Below are positions 37,701 through 51,920 of a DNA stretch of 64,000 nucleotides, piece after piece; the first letter of the stretch is position 1, and every line of letters starts with the position of its first letter. Origin of the DNA: Mobula hypostoma (Eukaryota); assembly GCF_963921235.1 (NCBI RefSeq), contig NC_086118.1, positions 29,328,001-29,392,000 of the forward strand, read 5' to 3'. The position numbers and the translations under genes were made by a program. Under the pieces are notes generated by a model, which was not told the DNA's origin, ran no database searches, and saw only the letters and a list, made by a program, of their open reading frames with translations.

Positions 37701-37860
37701 TGAAAGATTTGTGGCAAGCCTTGTGCACATATGTTGTTCATCAGATATTCATCCAAATCAAGTTTTCACCTTGTAATGTTTAAAACACATTTTTGTTTTT
37801 GCTGTTACAATATGTATTACTGAGTCAACAATGAATAAAAGATTATGCCTCCATTTGGTG
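34736..37860 (+). other. TNRC6C: TNRC6C 3'UTR (about 3.1 kb, end approximate)
   Basis: AT-rich stretch after the stop codon with no recognisable TE; AATAAA at 37618-37623 and 37834-37839. Confidence 0.65.
37834..37839 (+). terminator. Candidate polyadenylation signal of TNRC6C
   Basis: AATAAA followed by GT/T-rich sequence (ttggtgtttctctt) about 15-30 nt downstream. Confidence 0.5.
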
Positions 37861-38348
37861 TTTCTCTTAACATATATGCAAATAACTAACACACTTCAAA
37901 TACTAAGCTTCAGATTTTACAGCAGAAATCTTTCAAGAACACAAAAATGGAAATGGAGATTTGTTCTGTACCAGGTTAATGTTTATAATAAACAGCAAAT
38001 GTGCATTCATGCTGCAAAGATAGTAATATGCTTGTTAAAACTAAAAGTTTTGTTTTTTTGATAAAATATTCTATCGACCTTGAAGTAAACAAATTTTCAT
38101 TAAAATATTTCATTTAAATAAGAACAAAGCTCATGTTTGTAGATCAAAATGGCTCGTGACTGAAAAAGTGTAACAATAGGAATTAATTGTTACACAACAG
38201 GATATTGCTTTAAATAAGTAATGACCAGTGGTGTAAAATTTACTTTTAACATAACGGGTTGGATAATTGGTACCTGTGCAGAAATTTGCCATTGAGAACA
38301 TTTTGTTTCATTTAATAAAGAAACATGATTAATTTGGCAAAACAGTGG

Positions 38349-38465
38349 AGGTTGGTCAGGAAAAAGATAGTATTATTGGTGGGAGGGATCTAGGTTTTGT
38401 TGGCAAGGTTGATCAGGAAAAAGATAGTATTATTGGTGGGAGGGATCCGGGTTTTGTTGGCAAGG
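38349..38465. repeat. 57-bp tandem duplication
   Basis: aggttg(g/a)tcaggaaaaagatagtattattggtgggagggatc..ggttttgttggca occurs twice. Confidence 0.9.
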
Positions 38466-39341
38466 CCAATATTTATTACACATCCCTAATTCCCTTTTGA
38501 TGATGATGATGATGATGAGCCACCTTGGTGCACTAGTCTAGTCCCACAATGAAGTCACTGGCATGGTGCTTTTGGGTATGAGCTCCAATGCTTGGACCCC
38601 ATGACAATAAAGGACAAGCATTAGAATTACTGATTTTGGTTCTTGGGACTTGTCACGGGTTTAGGATCTGCTATCTGAGTAATACAAGTGGATCAGTGGA
38701 GAGAATGAATGTTTTGGGTGTGTATCAGAATAGAAACCAACTCTGGTTCAGTGTGAAAACAAAATTTAAGAGGAAAAAATTCCAATGAACAAAATATAGT
38801 GAAACTTGTCAGTAGCATCTTTTAAGATTGCTTCATAGGGCTATTTCCAAACCAAATTTTGCACAGAACCATAATTGAATGTATTAGGATGGGTATCCAA
38901 AAACTTAGTAAAAATCATTTACTGGAGATGATTGTAGACCTTGGAGCGCCTTGTCAAATGATGGCAGTAGTAGGGTAATTAAAGCTCAGCTGGTGGGTGG
39001 GGCAGTCAGCAATACCTTGATCTCCAAGTTTGGGGACATTTACGGAGATGGTAAAGGGTATCACCTGAGTATTTCCATTTTTTATTTTAAATTTCCAGGA
39101 AATTTAAGCGCTTTGTATTATTTCCAGCACATTTTGTTTCTTTCCATTCAGCTCTTTTTGTGTACAACATCATGGGCCAAATGGTGTACTGTTCTGTTCC
39201 TTCAGCTTAATATCTGAGCTTTTACCATCTTCTATCATTGTGTATTCAGTCTCTTTTGATCTCCACTGTATGACAGGCTTCCTTTGTTCTTAAGTGCAAT
39301 AGATTTTTAGTTACAATGGGACCAAGGGATACAGATGGGGT

Positions 39342-39540
39342 AAACACAATATATTTTGCAGATGCTGGAAATCCAGAGTAACTATGTAAAATGCTGAAGG
39401 AACTTGACGGGGCAGGCAGCATCTATGGAACAGAATAAATAGTTGAAGTCCTGATTAAAGATTCTGCCCAGATTGCCGATTGTTTATTCTTTTCCATACA
39501 TGCCTGTCTGCTGAGTTCCTCCAGCTTTTTGAATGAGTTA
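39342..39540. mobile_element. Older foldback Penelope-like terminal-repeat remnant
   Basis: gcagatgctggaaatcc...ggcagcatctatggaa arm and its diverged reverse complement. Confidence 0.6.
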
Positions 39541-42399
39541 TATAGATGGAGTTATAGCAGGAGAATGGTACCAAGGTCCATATTAGCCATGATTTTATTG
39601 AATATTGAAGCAGGCAAATGGTCTAACAGATGTTAGCAGAAAATATATCAAAAATGAAAATGCGTATGAGTTTTTAGTGTTCAAGGGATAAAGATGTAGT
39701 TTTGATGAAATTTAGAAACTGAATTTGAGAGGAAATTAACCATTAAAATATTGAAAGATATGAATATAGGTGTATTAAATAGATAAATAACTAAATGACA
39801 AGTGAAAACTCCCTTGCAAATAATGCAAAGGTTTTTTTAAATTTAAAAATAAGATTGTTTGAAATGAAGATTGATGTGGTATGATGCAGACTACAACAAA
39901 AGGTGGTGTTGAACAAATGCTAAAATTTTGCAGAAACTGGATTGGTTATAAGTGAAATTAACAGCCCCTATGCACAGAAGATCGTGCTGTTTTGTCGTAC
40001 TTTTGGTCTGAAGTACAGTCATTGTGACTTTTATTTCTCACAAGGTATGGCAATGTTGGGTCAGTGTCTGTTATGTAGTGTATCAGATATGTTTAGGGCA
40101 GGAAAAATAGTTAAAATAATTTTGATCTGGATACTATAATTGTGAGTAAACTTTTTATTGAAGATTCAGTAATTTATGTGAGGGAAAACCTAGATGCGGG
40201 AAGAATTTGGAATGGGATGGAAGCAATGAGAGTTGCTTAGGTATGAAAATTGTTGGAACTGGTATAGCACATGAGCATCTGCTTTTATTCATGGTGTAAA
40301 TGTTTGGATCTGGGCATAACACAAATAGGTTTAACAAAGTAAAATACTCTGCTATCTATATAATGCTGTAGTGTGTGCTTAAAGTTGACTGTAGTATTGG
40401 ATTTTTTAATATATATAGAAACTACATTAAAATTGTACATTATAACCTAGTAAAAATCTGTAACAATAACCATCAAAAATCACCATATATCACACAATTG
40501 GTTAAAAATTGTGGTTTTGAGAGCTTTGTCATGATTTACAAAATTGCATTTGTATTGGTTTTTGACATTAAAATTGGTTGGAAAACAGTTCCATGTGCGG
40601 GGTATGCTAAATATTTGCCTCTAGATGAAATACTCGTGGATCAATTTTAGAAGCTTCATTCGGGTAATATGTATTGCTTTCATGTGGACCTTGTTTATGG
40701 TATGTTTTTATAAGTAATAAGTGCAAGTCATTGTTTGTACAATGCAAACTTCAAAGATATTTTAAGCCAGTGAACAGTACATACCCATATGTTCAAACAT
40801 TATCATTATTATGGTTCAAAGTTCAAATGATAATACTGCTTTGGCAAGTTTAAAATGATCTTCCTTGATTTAATTTCTATATTTGAATTTTGAAAATAAA
40901 CTAAGGCTGTTGCAGTAAAATGCTCTTCAATGATGTTAATACTCATGAGACGTTGCTACTTAACTATTAAAAATAAATATGTATACTGTTTTATTTACAC
41001 GCATTTTGGGAAAAACTGATTTGTAATGTAAAGTTTGGGTTCATGAAATAGAGTGCTGTCAACAAATTAGGAAATCAAAATTGTATGGTACAGTTCATGT
41101 TTATGAAACACTACAAAATAGTACTCTGTGAAGGAGACAAGAGACTGCCGATGCTGAAATCTGGATCATTACTCAAACTACTGAAGGAACTCAGCAGGTT
41201 GAGCAGCTTTGGTGGGAAGAAAGAAATTGTTCATGTTTCAAATCAAACCTCTACCTCAGTATGCTAAATATTTCCTGACAAAACAAATAAGCATGCAAAA
41301 TAGTAATCAATTAGATATAACTGACTAAATAACTGAAACAAAGCAGTTACTGTCATTTGAATTCTGAAAGCCTCATTTTAAATCAAACTAATTCACAAAC
41401 TATTCCTTTTTTCCCAATTGTTAAATCTGAAGTAATCTTTTGCCTCGCTATCAAGGGGATTAGCAAATTATATTATGGGTTATTCAGCAATATGTTCAAG
41501 GCACTCAAAGTTAAATAATCAAGATGCAGAATGTATTGAGATGCAATTTAACAAATTTTAGTTATTTGGCTATCAAGGGATTTTAAAAAAACATTTTGCT
41601 TACAAAAGTAGATGAAATTGCACAGTGATTTAATGATTTTTAAAAGAAGTTCTCTGTAGAAGCTGCAGAAATACATAAGAAATGAGTGGAGTCCCCCAAC
41701 TGGGAAATCCTCGTTAGAGGAATAACTGCAGCAAATGTGAAATGATTTTTGTTAATGTTAATCATTGAATTAAATAACCAGCCACGTAGAAAACATAAAT
41801 TTTATAAACACACCTTATCAATGCTATATTGATGCAATTTTAACACAATTGAAGCTCAATAATTCTGTTCAAGTGTACTCCGATCAAGTTACTCAAAATA
41901 TATCTCCACTCATTTACTAAAACTTTTAATGCTGAAAATAATGATCACACAGTTCCTCACATACATCAAAACATTGTACAACCTCTGCTTTTTCAAAAGC
42001 CATTCCCTTGTGATTTTGTGTTTGCTGAGGCATGAATTAGTGACTGGTATGCATATAAAGTGGTAGTATGCCAGGCAAATGTTTGCCTTTTAAAATGTAT
42101 AAATGTAATTCTTAAAGATTACTATGGAAATTACAAAATAATTATATCCAGTTGTTTTGAAATAATATTTTTAGATGTTAGAATCCATTATTGGTTCTCT
42201 GAATGACCAGTTCTTCACAGTCATTCGATATTTATTCCGTGAAGGAAACATAAGTAGGGCCTGAAGCATTTAGGACTGCTGTTGGTGTAATGCAGGAAAA
42301 TTTTAGTGGTACTTTGGAGAATAGCTTGTATATAATTTAACAAATGTAATATCCAGTGGGATTTTTTTTAATTTCCTGGGTTGGGGGGTGGGCACACTT

Positions 42400-42760
42400 A
42401 AACCTATAGGATACTGAAAAACTGGATAGATTGGACATGGGGAAGACGTTTCCATTGGTAGGAGAATCTTGGATCTGAGGGCATAGCCTCAGATTAAAGG
42501 CATATCAATTTAAAACTGAAATGAAAATTATTTTCAACCAATGTATGGGGAATCTGTTGAATTCATTGTCACAAAGGCCTGCGAAGGCTAACTCATTGAG
42601 TGTATTTAAGGCAGAGATTGATAGTTTCTTGGTTGGTAGGGCAGTGAAAGATTGCAGGGAAAAGGCTGGAAAATGAAGTTGAAAATAAAACCAGCTATGA
42701 TTGAATAGTGGAGCAGACTTGATGATCCAAATAGCCTTATTCTGCTCCTATATCTTGTGA
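42400..42760 (+). mobile_element. CR1-clade LINE 3' fragment
   Basis: tttaaggcagagattgatagtttctt and ttattctgctcctatatctt resemble a CR1 3' end. Confidence 0.65.
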
Positions 42761-43199
42761 TCATTCCCTCAACTTGCCCTGTTTGACAAGTATACGACAG
42801 TGTAATTATGAGAAATTTAATTTGGTGACACTTAAAAAATCTTGCAGTCTTAATTACAATACAAAGTTAATTTTGAAAATCAGAATGATGGAGGTATAAA
42901 TATATCTAAAGGAATTTGATTTTAAATTGTTCATTTGCTCTGGAGTAATATTCCTACCTTTCTAGCCAAAATCCTGCAATCAACACCACCCTGGCAATCA
43001 GATTGCTCTTCAGCTGTTCTAATGCATCACTGGAGGCATCATTTGAATCTTCTGAACATTCAGGGTAAGTACTTTTCATAGTATTTTTATTTTCTTGTGT
43101 CTTCAAAGGATTAGTTTTTCGTTTGTATCATTGGTATTTGCGGTAACAACTCAATCTTTACATTTGTTTAAGGAAAAAGAGCTACTACAGTTCCCTAAG

Positions 43200-46100
43200 G
43201 ATGTAAAAGGTGTATCCAGCTGCAGTTCCTGACAAACCGAGTTAGGGAGCTGGAGCTGGATGAACTTCGGATCATTCGTGAGGCAGAGGCAGAAATAAAC
43301 AGGAGTTACAGGGAGATAGTCTCCCCTAAGTGTCAGGAGACATGTAGCTGGGTGACTGGCAGGAGAGGGAAGGGGAATGGACAGTATGAGCAGAGCACCC
43401 CTGTGGCTGTTCCCACCAATAATAAGTACATCATTTTGGATACTATTGATGGAGATGACCTACCAGGGACAAGTTGCAGTGGTTGCATCTCTGGCACCAA
43501 GACGGGACCCTCAGCTCAGAAGGGAAGGAGGGAAAAGAGGAGAGCAGTAGTGATAGGGTATTCGATAGTTAGGGGGACAGATAAGAAGTTCTGTGGAAGA
43601 GATCAGGATCCCAGATGGTCTGTTGCCTCCCTGGTGCCAAGGTCCGCGATATCTCAGATTGAGTTCTCAGTATTCTCAAGAGGGAGGGTGAGCAGCCGGA
43701 TGTCGTGGTCCATGTAGGGACCAATGACGTGGGAAGGAAGAGTGAGGAGGTCCTGAAAGGTGAGTTTAGGGAGTTAGGCACCAAGTTAAAGGACAGAACC
43801 TCCAGGATAGCAATCTCAGGATTGCTGCCAGTGCCACGTACAGGCGGGTTTAGAAATAGTAAGATAGTGCAGATCAACACGTGGCTGAAGACATGGTGCA
43901 GGAGGGAGGGCTTTAGATTTATAGATAATTGGGGAGTTTTCCAGGGAAGGTGGGACCTGTTCCTGCGGGACGGTGTACATCTGAACTGGAGAGGGACAAA
44001 TATTCTTGCAGGTAGGTTTGCTAGAGAGGCTCCAGTGGATTTAAACTAGATGCAAGGAGGGAGGGAAACCAGAGTGTAGGAACAGATGTGGGGGAGAAGG
44101 AAGAAAAAAGAAATAGTAAAGTTGTTTGCACAGTTAGTGATAAACGGAGGGTAAGAGGTGGTAAATTTCTTAAAAGCATTTATTTTAATGCTAGGAGCAT
44201 TATAAGAAAGGTGGATGAGCTTAAAGCATGGATTGATACCTGGAAGTATGATGTGGTAGCTATTAGTGAAACATGGTTGCAGGAGGGGTGTGATTGGCAA
44301 CTAAATATTCCTGGATTTCATTGCTTCAGGTGTGTTAGAATCAGAGGGACAAGAGAGGGAGGTGTTGCATTGCTTGTCAGAGAAAATATTACAGCGGTGC
44401 TCTGGCAGGATAGATTAGAGGGTTTGTCTAGGGAGGCTATTTGGGTGGAATTGAGGAATGGGAAAGGTGTAGTAACACTTATAGGGGTGTATTATAGACC
44501 ACTGTGTTGGCACATGGCCAAGTGGTTAAGACGTTCGTCTAGTGATTTGAAAGTCGCTAGTTCAAGCCTTGACTAAGGCAGCGCGTGTGTCCTTGAGCAA
44601 GGCACTTAACCACACATTGCTCTGTGACCGACACTGGTGCCAAGCTGTATGGGTCCTAATGCCCTTCCCTTGGATAACATCAGTGGCGCGGAGAGGGGAG
44701 ACTTGTAGCATAGGCAACTGCTGGTCTTCCATACAACCTTGCCCAGGCCTGCGCCCTGGAAACCTTCCAAGGCGCAAATCCATGGTCTCATGAGACCAAC
44801 GGATGCCTATCTTTCTGTTGATCACCTAATGGGGAGCGAGAAAGAGAGGAGCAAATTTGTAAGGAGATAGCAGATATTTGTAATAAGCACAAGGTTGTGA
44901 TTGTGGGAGATTTTAATTTTCCACACATAGACTGGGAAGCCCCGACTGTAAAAGGGCTGGATGGTTTGGAGTTTGTAAAATGTGTGCAGGATAGTTTTTT
45001 TGTAGCAATACATAGAGGTACCAACTCGAGAAGGGGCAGTGTTGGATCTCATGTTACGGAATGAGATAGGTCAGGTGATGGAGGTATGTGTTGGGGAGCA
45101 CTTCGGGTCCAGTCATCACAATGCCATTAGTTTCAGTATAATTATGGAGAAGGATAGATCTGGACCCAGGGTTGAGATTTTTGATTGGAGAAAGGCTAAC
45201 TTTGAGGAGATGCGAAAGGATTTAGAAGGAGTGGATTGGGATAATTTGTTTTATGGGAAGGATATAATAGAGATATGGAGGTCACTTAAAGGTGAAATTT
45301 TGAGGGTACAGAATCTTTATGTTCCTGTTAGGTTGAAAGGAAAGGTTAAAAGTTTGAGGGAGCCATGGTTTTCAAGGGATATTGGAAACTTGGTTTGGAA
45401 AAAGAGTGATATCTACGATAAATATAGGCAGCATGGAGTAAATGAGATGCTCGAGGAATATAAAGAATGTAAAAAGAATCTTAAGAAAGAAATTAGAAAA
45501 GCTAAAAGAAGATAACGAGGTTGCTTTGGCAAGTAAGGTGAAAATAGATCTTAAGGGTTTCTACAGTTATATTAATAGCAAAAGGATAGTGAGGGATAAA
45601 ATTGGTCCCTTAGAGAATCAGAGTGGACAGCTATGTGTGGAACCAAAAGAGATGGGGGAGATTTTGAACAATTTCTTTTCTTCAGTATTCACTAAGGAGA
45701 AGGATATTGAATTGTGTAAGGTAAGGAAAACAGGGAAGTTATGGAAACTATGACAATTAAAGAAGAGGAAGTACTGGCGCTTTTAAGGAATATAAAGGTG
45801 GATAAATCTCCGGATCCTGACAGGATATTCCCTAGGACCTTGAGGGAAGTTAATGTGGAAATAGCAGGGGCTCTGACAGAAATATTTCAAATGCCATTAG
45901 AAACGGGGATGGTGCCGGAGGTTTGGCTATATTGCTCATGTTGTTCCATTGTTTAAAAAGGGTTCTAGGAGTAAACCTAACAATTATTGGCCTGTGAGTT
46001 TGACGTCAGTGGTGGGTAAATTGTTGGAAAGTATTCTTGGAGATGGTATATATAATTATTGGATAGACGGGGTCTGATTAGGAGCAGTCACCATGGATTT

Positions 46101-47355
46101 GTGCGTGGAAGGTCATGTTTGACAAATCTTACTGAATTTTTTGATGAGGTTACTAGGAACGTTGATGAGGGTAAAGCAGTGGATGTTGTCTATATGGACT
46201 TCAGTAAGGCCTTTGACAAGATTCCACACGGAAGGTTAGTTAGGAAGGTTCAATCGTTAGGTATTAATATTGAAGTAGTAAAACGGATTCAGCAGTGGCT
46301 GGATGGGAGACGCCAGAGAGTAGTGGCGGATAACTGTCAGATTGGAGGCAGGTGACTAGTGGTGTGCCTCAGGGATCTGAACTGGGTCCAATGTTGTTTG
46401 TCATATACCTTAATGATCTGGATGATGGGGTGGTAGATTAGTAAATATGCAGATGATACTAAGATAGGTGGTGGTGTGGATAATGAAGTAGGTTTTCAAA
46501 GCTTGTAGAGAGATTTAGGCCAGTTAGAAGAGTGGGCTGAAAGATGGCAGATGGAGTTTTAATGCTGATAAATGTGAGGTACTACATTTTGGTAGGACTA
46601 ATCAAAATAGGACATATATAGTAAATGGTAGGGCATTGAAGAATGCATTAGAACAGAGGGATCTAGGAATAATGGTGCATAGCTCCATAAAGGTGGAATC
46701 TCATGTGGATAGGGTGGTGAAGAAAGCGTTTGGTATGCTGGCCTTTATAAATCAGAGCATTGAGTATAGGAGTTGGGATGTAATGTTAAAATTGTACAAG
46801 GCATTGGTAAGGCCAAATTTGGAGTATTGTGTACAGTTTTGGTCACCGAATTACAGGAAAGATGTCAACAAAATAGAGTACAGAGAAGATTTACTAGAAT
46901 GTTACCTGAGTTTCAGCACCTAAGTTGTAGAGAAAGGTTGAACAAGTTGAGTCTTTATTCTTTGGAGCGAAGAAGGTTGAGGAGGGACTTAATAGAGGTA
47001 TTTAAAATTTTGAGGGGGATAGATAGAGTTGACGAGGATAGGCTTTTTGCATTGAGAGTAGGGGAGTTTCAAATGAGGATATGAGAGTTGGGGGGCAAAA
47101 GTTTAGGGGTAACATGAGGGGGAACTTCTTTACTCAGAGAGTGGTAGCTGTGTGAAATGAGCTTCCAGCAGAAGTGGTAGAGGCAGGTTTGATATTGTCA
47201 TTTAAAGTAAAATTGGATAGTTATATGGACAGGAAAGGAATGGAGGGTTATGGGCTGAGTGCAGGTTGGTGGGACTAAGTGAGAATAAGTGTTCGGCACG
47301 GACTAGAAGGGCCGAGATGGCCTGTTTCCGTGCTGTAGTTGTTACATGGTTATAA
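43200..47355 (+). mobile_element. Near full-length CR1 LINE, disrupted, with a SINE inserted
   Basis: ORF1 esterase (VHVGTND, DGVHLN); ORF2 YFNARS, ISETWL, GDFNFP, HGFVRGRSCLTNL, DFSKAFD, YADD, LYKALVRPNLEY. Confidence 0.92.
44503..44810 (+). mobile_element. tRNA-SINE inserted in the CR1 endonuclease region
   Basis: Interrupts the GVYYRP|PN motif; same family as 24505-24807. Confidence 0.88.
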
Positions 47356-49241
47356 AGATCACCAAACAAATACGTTTTTTGCAGAACAGCATTTTATATA
47401 GAACTCAATAGTTCTAGCTATGAAACAATTGCACCTCAAGTTTCTGCCAAGTACAGATTGTCGGGGACAGTTTGTGATCACTCCCTGATTTTGTTTTGGG
47501 GAAGGGGTGGCAAGAAAAGGCACTTTAATAAGACAGATGCATTTAAAAGAGGACACATGAACATGAATCCTAAAATAGAACAAATCTGCAGTGACTGAAA
47601 TGAGGTATGCATGGTCAAGCAAGTTATTCTGTCTGTTAATGTAGGTATTGGTGTTTCACTGCAAATTTTGTTACGGGCAGATGTAAAAAAAAAAGGACAA
47701 TTAAGAAAATGAAAATAATTTGAAAATATAGTGGAAAAGCTCTTCAAATTGAGCAAATGAGATGAAATACCCTTCTGAATAGGAGTGTGTTTGATTAGCA
47801 GAAGGCCTTCAGAGCATACTGTATATGTTTTAACATTCCATTCCATCTTCTGATTCTCAGATACTATTCCATCTACATCTCCCAAACTTTGAAATTTCTA
47901 CTCTCAGAAGTACAAAGATGGCAGTGTGAAAATACCACAACCTGCACACCATTCTGACTTGACAATATATCACCATTCCTTCAATGTCATTAAATCCAAA
48001 TCCTTGTACTTCCTACCCAATGATAATGTGACCGCAGCTTCATCAGCAGGATTATGGTGGTTGCCACTTCAAGAGTAATGATGTTATCCTAGATGATATG
48101 TTTTAAAAGTGTATTTGATTTACCTAGACCTGGAGTGTATTTTCTCATAGTCCATTGTGTCAATGATAGCGTGGCAGTGCCACTGCCTCTGAGGTTGTGT
48201 CAAGTGTAGAAAACATTCTTACTACTTGGGACTTCGGTCAAAGCTTGGACTGACTATGGTTATTTTGGATTGTAAATCTATAACTCAGTAGACCCTAGTA
48301 CTAATGGGGAAGACTAAAACCAAAAAAAAACTGGGCAATGGTTCAAATTGAGAATCTGCTTTTAAGAGTATGACATTTTGAATTTCAAAAGCCTGAATGA
48401 AAGGGAAAGGTTTTTATTTTGCTGTTTTTGCAGTCCTTTTCATCAGATTCTTGCATTGCAAGTGTATGGAAAGAGAAGTAGATGAAAATGTCTTCATAGC
48501 ATATTTCGTGCTTTAAATATTTTTTCTTCACAATTTGGATTCACCATGCTCAAGATAAACTTGTCACAGCAATTTTAGGAATGGATTAAAATAATTTGGT
48601 CTGCAAGAAAAATGGTGGTTATTGATTTTTGTTAATGTCATGGTTATAATTTTTTGTTAATATTTTGGTAAAGTTGGCCTCATTTTTTTGTCAACTAGAA
48701 TAAAATTGTAAAGAAATTCTAGCAGATAATAGCTGACTTAATAATAACGCATGAAATTGTAGAAGATATTCATATGAATTAAGTATTTGCTTAATCAAAA
48801 TAAAATAGAGTTGGTTCAGGAAATTCAACGTACTCATCAGCTTCCATGTGTATCTAAAAGTGTGATTTTATTCATCACAATGCTCTGAAGCTTTATGTTC
48901 ATTCTTGGGTCAGTAATAAAACAACAACTTGGAACAGAACAAAAGCTCTTTGCTTAAAGGAGTTAGAAACTGATGCTTTCAAGGATGATTTACTTTCATC
49001 AATATCAGTATCAATTAATGTGGCATGGAACTACAGTTGTAAGAACAAAACAGTCAAATCAATATACAATCATGCATTATCAGAAATGTTTTTTAATAGA
49101 ATTCTGTTGCAATCCATTAAAAATAGCAGTTTGTAATTGAGATTAGAATTCTAATAAATTTGATCAGGTGGTATGCTGAACTCAGTGCTGTAAATGCTTC
49201 TAAGTGATAAACTTCAGATACGTTTTAACTATTATGTGTAT

Positions 49242-49580
49242 TGTCGCAGAGCAATGTGTGGTTAAGTGCCTTGCTCAAGGACACAACACGCTGTCTCAGC
49301 TGAGGCTCGAACTAGTGACCTTTAGATCACTAGACCAATGCCTTAACCACTCGCCTTAATCACTTTGTCTAGTGATCTGAAGGTGGCTAGTTCAAGCCTC
49401 AGCTGAGGCAGTGTGACGTGTCCTTGAGCAAGGCACTTAACCACACATTGCTCTGCGACGACACCAGTGCCAAGCTGTATGGGTCCTAGTGCCCTTCCTT
49501 TGGACAACATCGGTGGCGTGGAGAGGGGAAACTTGCAGCATGGGCAACTGCTGGTCTTCCATACAACCTTGCCCAGGCCT
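49242..49580. mobile_element. Rearranged SINE pair forming an inverted repeat
   Basis: 49242-49335 is the reverse complement of about 49366-49460. Confidence 0.85.
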
Positions 49581-50709
49581 CAGTCAACATCGAATATCGA
49601 TGGACAGCTGAAGAGAAGAAAATTATGTGTACAGTATTGTATTCTAAATAAATTTCAGGTACCTGTCCTGAATATCTCAGGAGCATTACTGATTTCGAAG
49701 CATAATTTGAACATAAATAAAATTCACCTAATAATGGCAGTATTCAACCAAAAAAAATTCAAAAGGATTGCAGAGTGCAATTTTTGAAAAAGGAAATTAT
49801 GAAGTTTTTTTCCACACCCATGTATATTTTAAACTATTTTTAGGCAGAAGATCTGATGATAATCGGTGGTGCTCTATCTTGGACAAGCATTTAGTATCTT
49901 TTTACTGGTAATTTGAAACTTCTAATATTACATTTATTGCTTGATGGGTAATTTAAAGTGTTTGTATCAAGAAAAGTAATAAAGCATTTTACTTGTCTCA
50001 GTTTGTTGGTCTCACCTTCACAGAGGTGATTTTTGGCCCCCCCCCCCCCAATGCTTCAGATAAGATAGCTAAAGCCTGTCTGTCCTTTGGATGTAAAATT
50101 GTCTCTGGATTTGTTCAAAGAGCATGGATTGCTACTGTCCTGGTCAATGTCAGTGTTTCACCCTACAACTCTTAAACCACATACTTGATTTTATCTTTCC
50201 TGCTTCATATTGCCTGATTGATCTAACTATTATAATGTGAAATATGTACATGGAAGTAAACAGATTTGGACAGTCTTTTCTTCAGCTTATTTTCCATTGC
50301 CTGGTATGCTGTTATAAGTCTATAACACTGATCTTCTGTCCCCAACTCACCTCTTCATCCACACCCTCATATATTTTGTGTATTTGATAGAAAGCTGAGC
50401 ATTCCAACGTCCTGCCAAGACCCAACACAACATCACTTTTATCAGAAAGATGGTGATTGCAAGTGCAAGTGTGGCCAAGTTTATCACATGCTTCAGTGGC
50501 ACTTGAAGCCAAAATTCACTAAATTTGGTGGTTTGGAAGAACATAACTGCAAGAATTTGTCTTTGCCATGATCATCTCTGTATTTCACTGCTGAAATTAG
50601 CTTATTTGTAAATCAGCTGCCCATAGTTTGTGCTCCAAGCGATCAATTACACAGTGACTGAATAAAGCAGAGTAGGATGTCCTCTGGTATTATTTGCTTA
50701 TACTAGAGG

Positions 50710-50985
50710 GTGTTTTTTAAAAGGTGAGTGAAAGAAAGTGTAGGGGTTAGAGATAGCTGCTTTCTTTTTTTTAGCTAAATGCATGGAATGCACTGCCAGG
50801 GATGGTGATAGAAGCTGATAGGGACATTTAAGAGATTCTTAGATAGACACATGAATGAAAGAAAATTAGAAGATTATGGGCCATGTAGGTGGGAGGGGTT
50901 AGATTGATTGTAGAATAATTTAAAAGATCAGCACAACATTATTAGCCAAAGGGCCCCATCAGCTGTACCATTCTATATTCTACAC
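50710..50985 (+). mobile_element. CR1 3' fragment
   Basis: tggaatgcactgccagggatggtgata...catttaagagattcttagatagacacatg. Confidence 0.6.
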
Positions 50986-51920
50986 CAGTTTTATCACTAT
51001 GAACATTCAACTTCTAAGAACAACTTCTCTGGCTTGCATTAATTATACTGATGGTCCTTTGTGTGTTTTCTTTTGGAAAATACCAAGTGAATTGTAAAGA
51101 TGCTCAGCTTGAGTATTTTTGCATTTGGTCTTTAATCTTTGCAGTTAGTGTATGTAAAGTGGTGAAATAAGTTGGCCTTCCAAATGTGTATGATATGCTG
51201 TCATCTAACCAAAGGGATCACATTTATTTCCCTTTGGGGATAATTATGTAAAGTACTTGTATTATTTAAAGTGATTAAAAGTGATTAAATAATAGAAAAA
51301 GGTGCATATGGATTTAGGCCACATTAATGTTATACTGGGGCAGCATTACCTAGCTCCAGATGTGATCTAAAAGTGTGGTTATGCAAAGCCACGTAAAGAG
51401 CTTTTGGTCTTAGCTGCAGGGTGATTGGAGAGATCTTCCAGAGCTAACAAGCACATGTGCCATTTGCACATAGACTGTTTATTGGCTCCTAGTTTTACAG
51501 TCTATACATTTAAAGTTCTTGTGCTTATAGAATCACTCCACAAATTATTCTTACCTAATTCCTAATTCAGTTGTGCTGATTGCCAATTGTATTGTATCCA
51601 AACTTTTAAGCTATATTCGGTAGCAATTTTGAAACTAAAGAAATTGAAGCAACCACTACTCAGACTACTGAAAAGGAAATCTCAATAGCATATTCTCTAC
51701 AACATCTTGCATAGGATAATAACAATAAAATGGATCACAGCTAGCAAAAGAAAAGTAGCTTTAAACCCCAAGCTAACAAAAATTAACCTTTGGTTTTCTG
51801 AAGTCTTCACTGAACACTGTACCTTAACTATAGTCTTGATAACTTGACTTTAGTGGAGGCAGGGTAAGTAACAGACAGTCAACCTTGTCCTAAAAGACAG
51901 GATGGTTAATTTAAAAACAG

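Noticed and set aside
38349..38465. Direct repeats considered as a CRISPR-like array
   Set aside because: Simple head-to-tail duplication with no spacers, in vertebrate DNA
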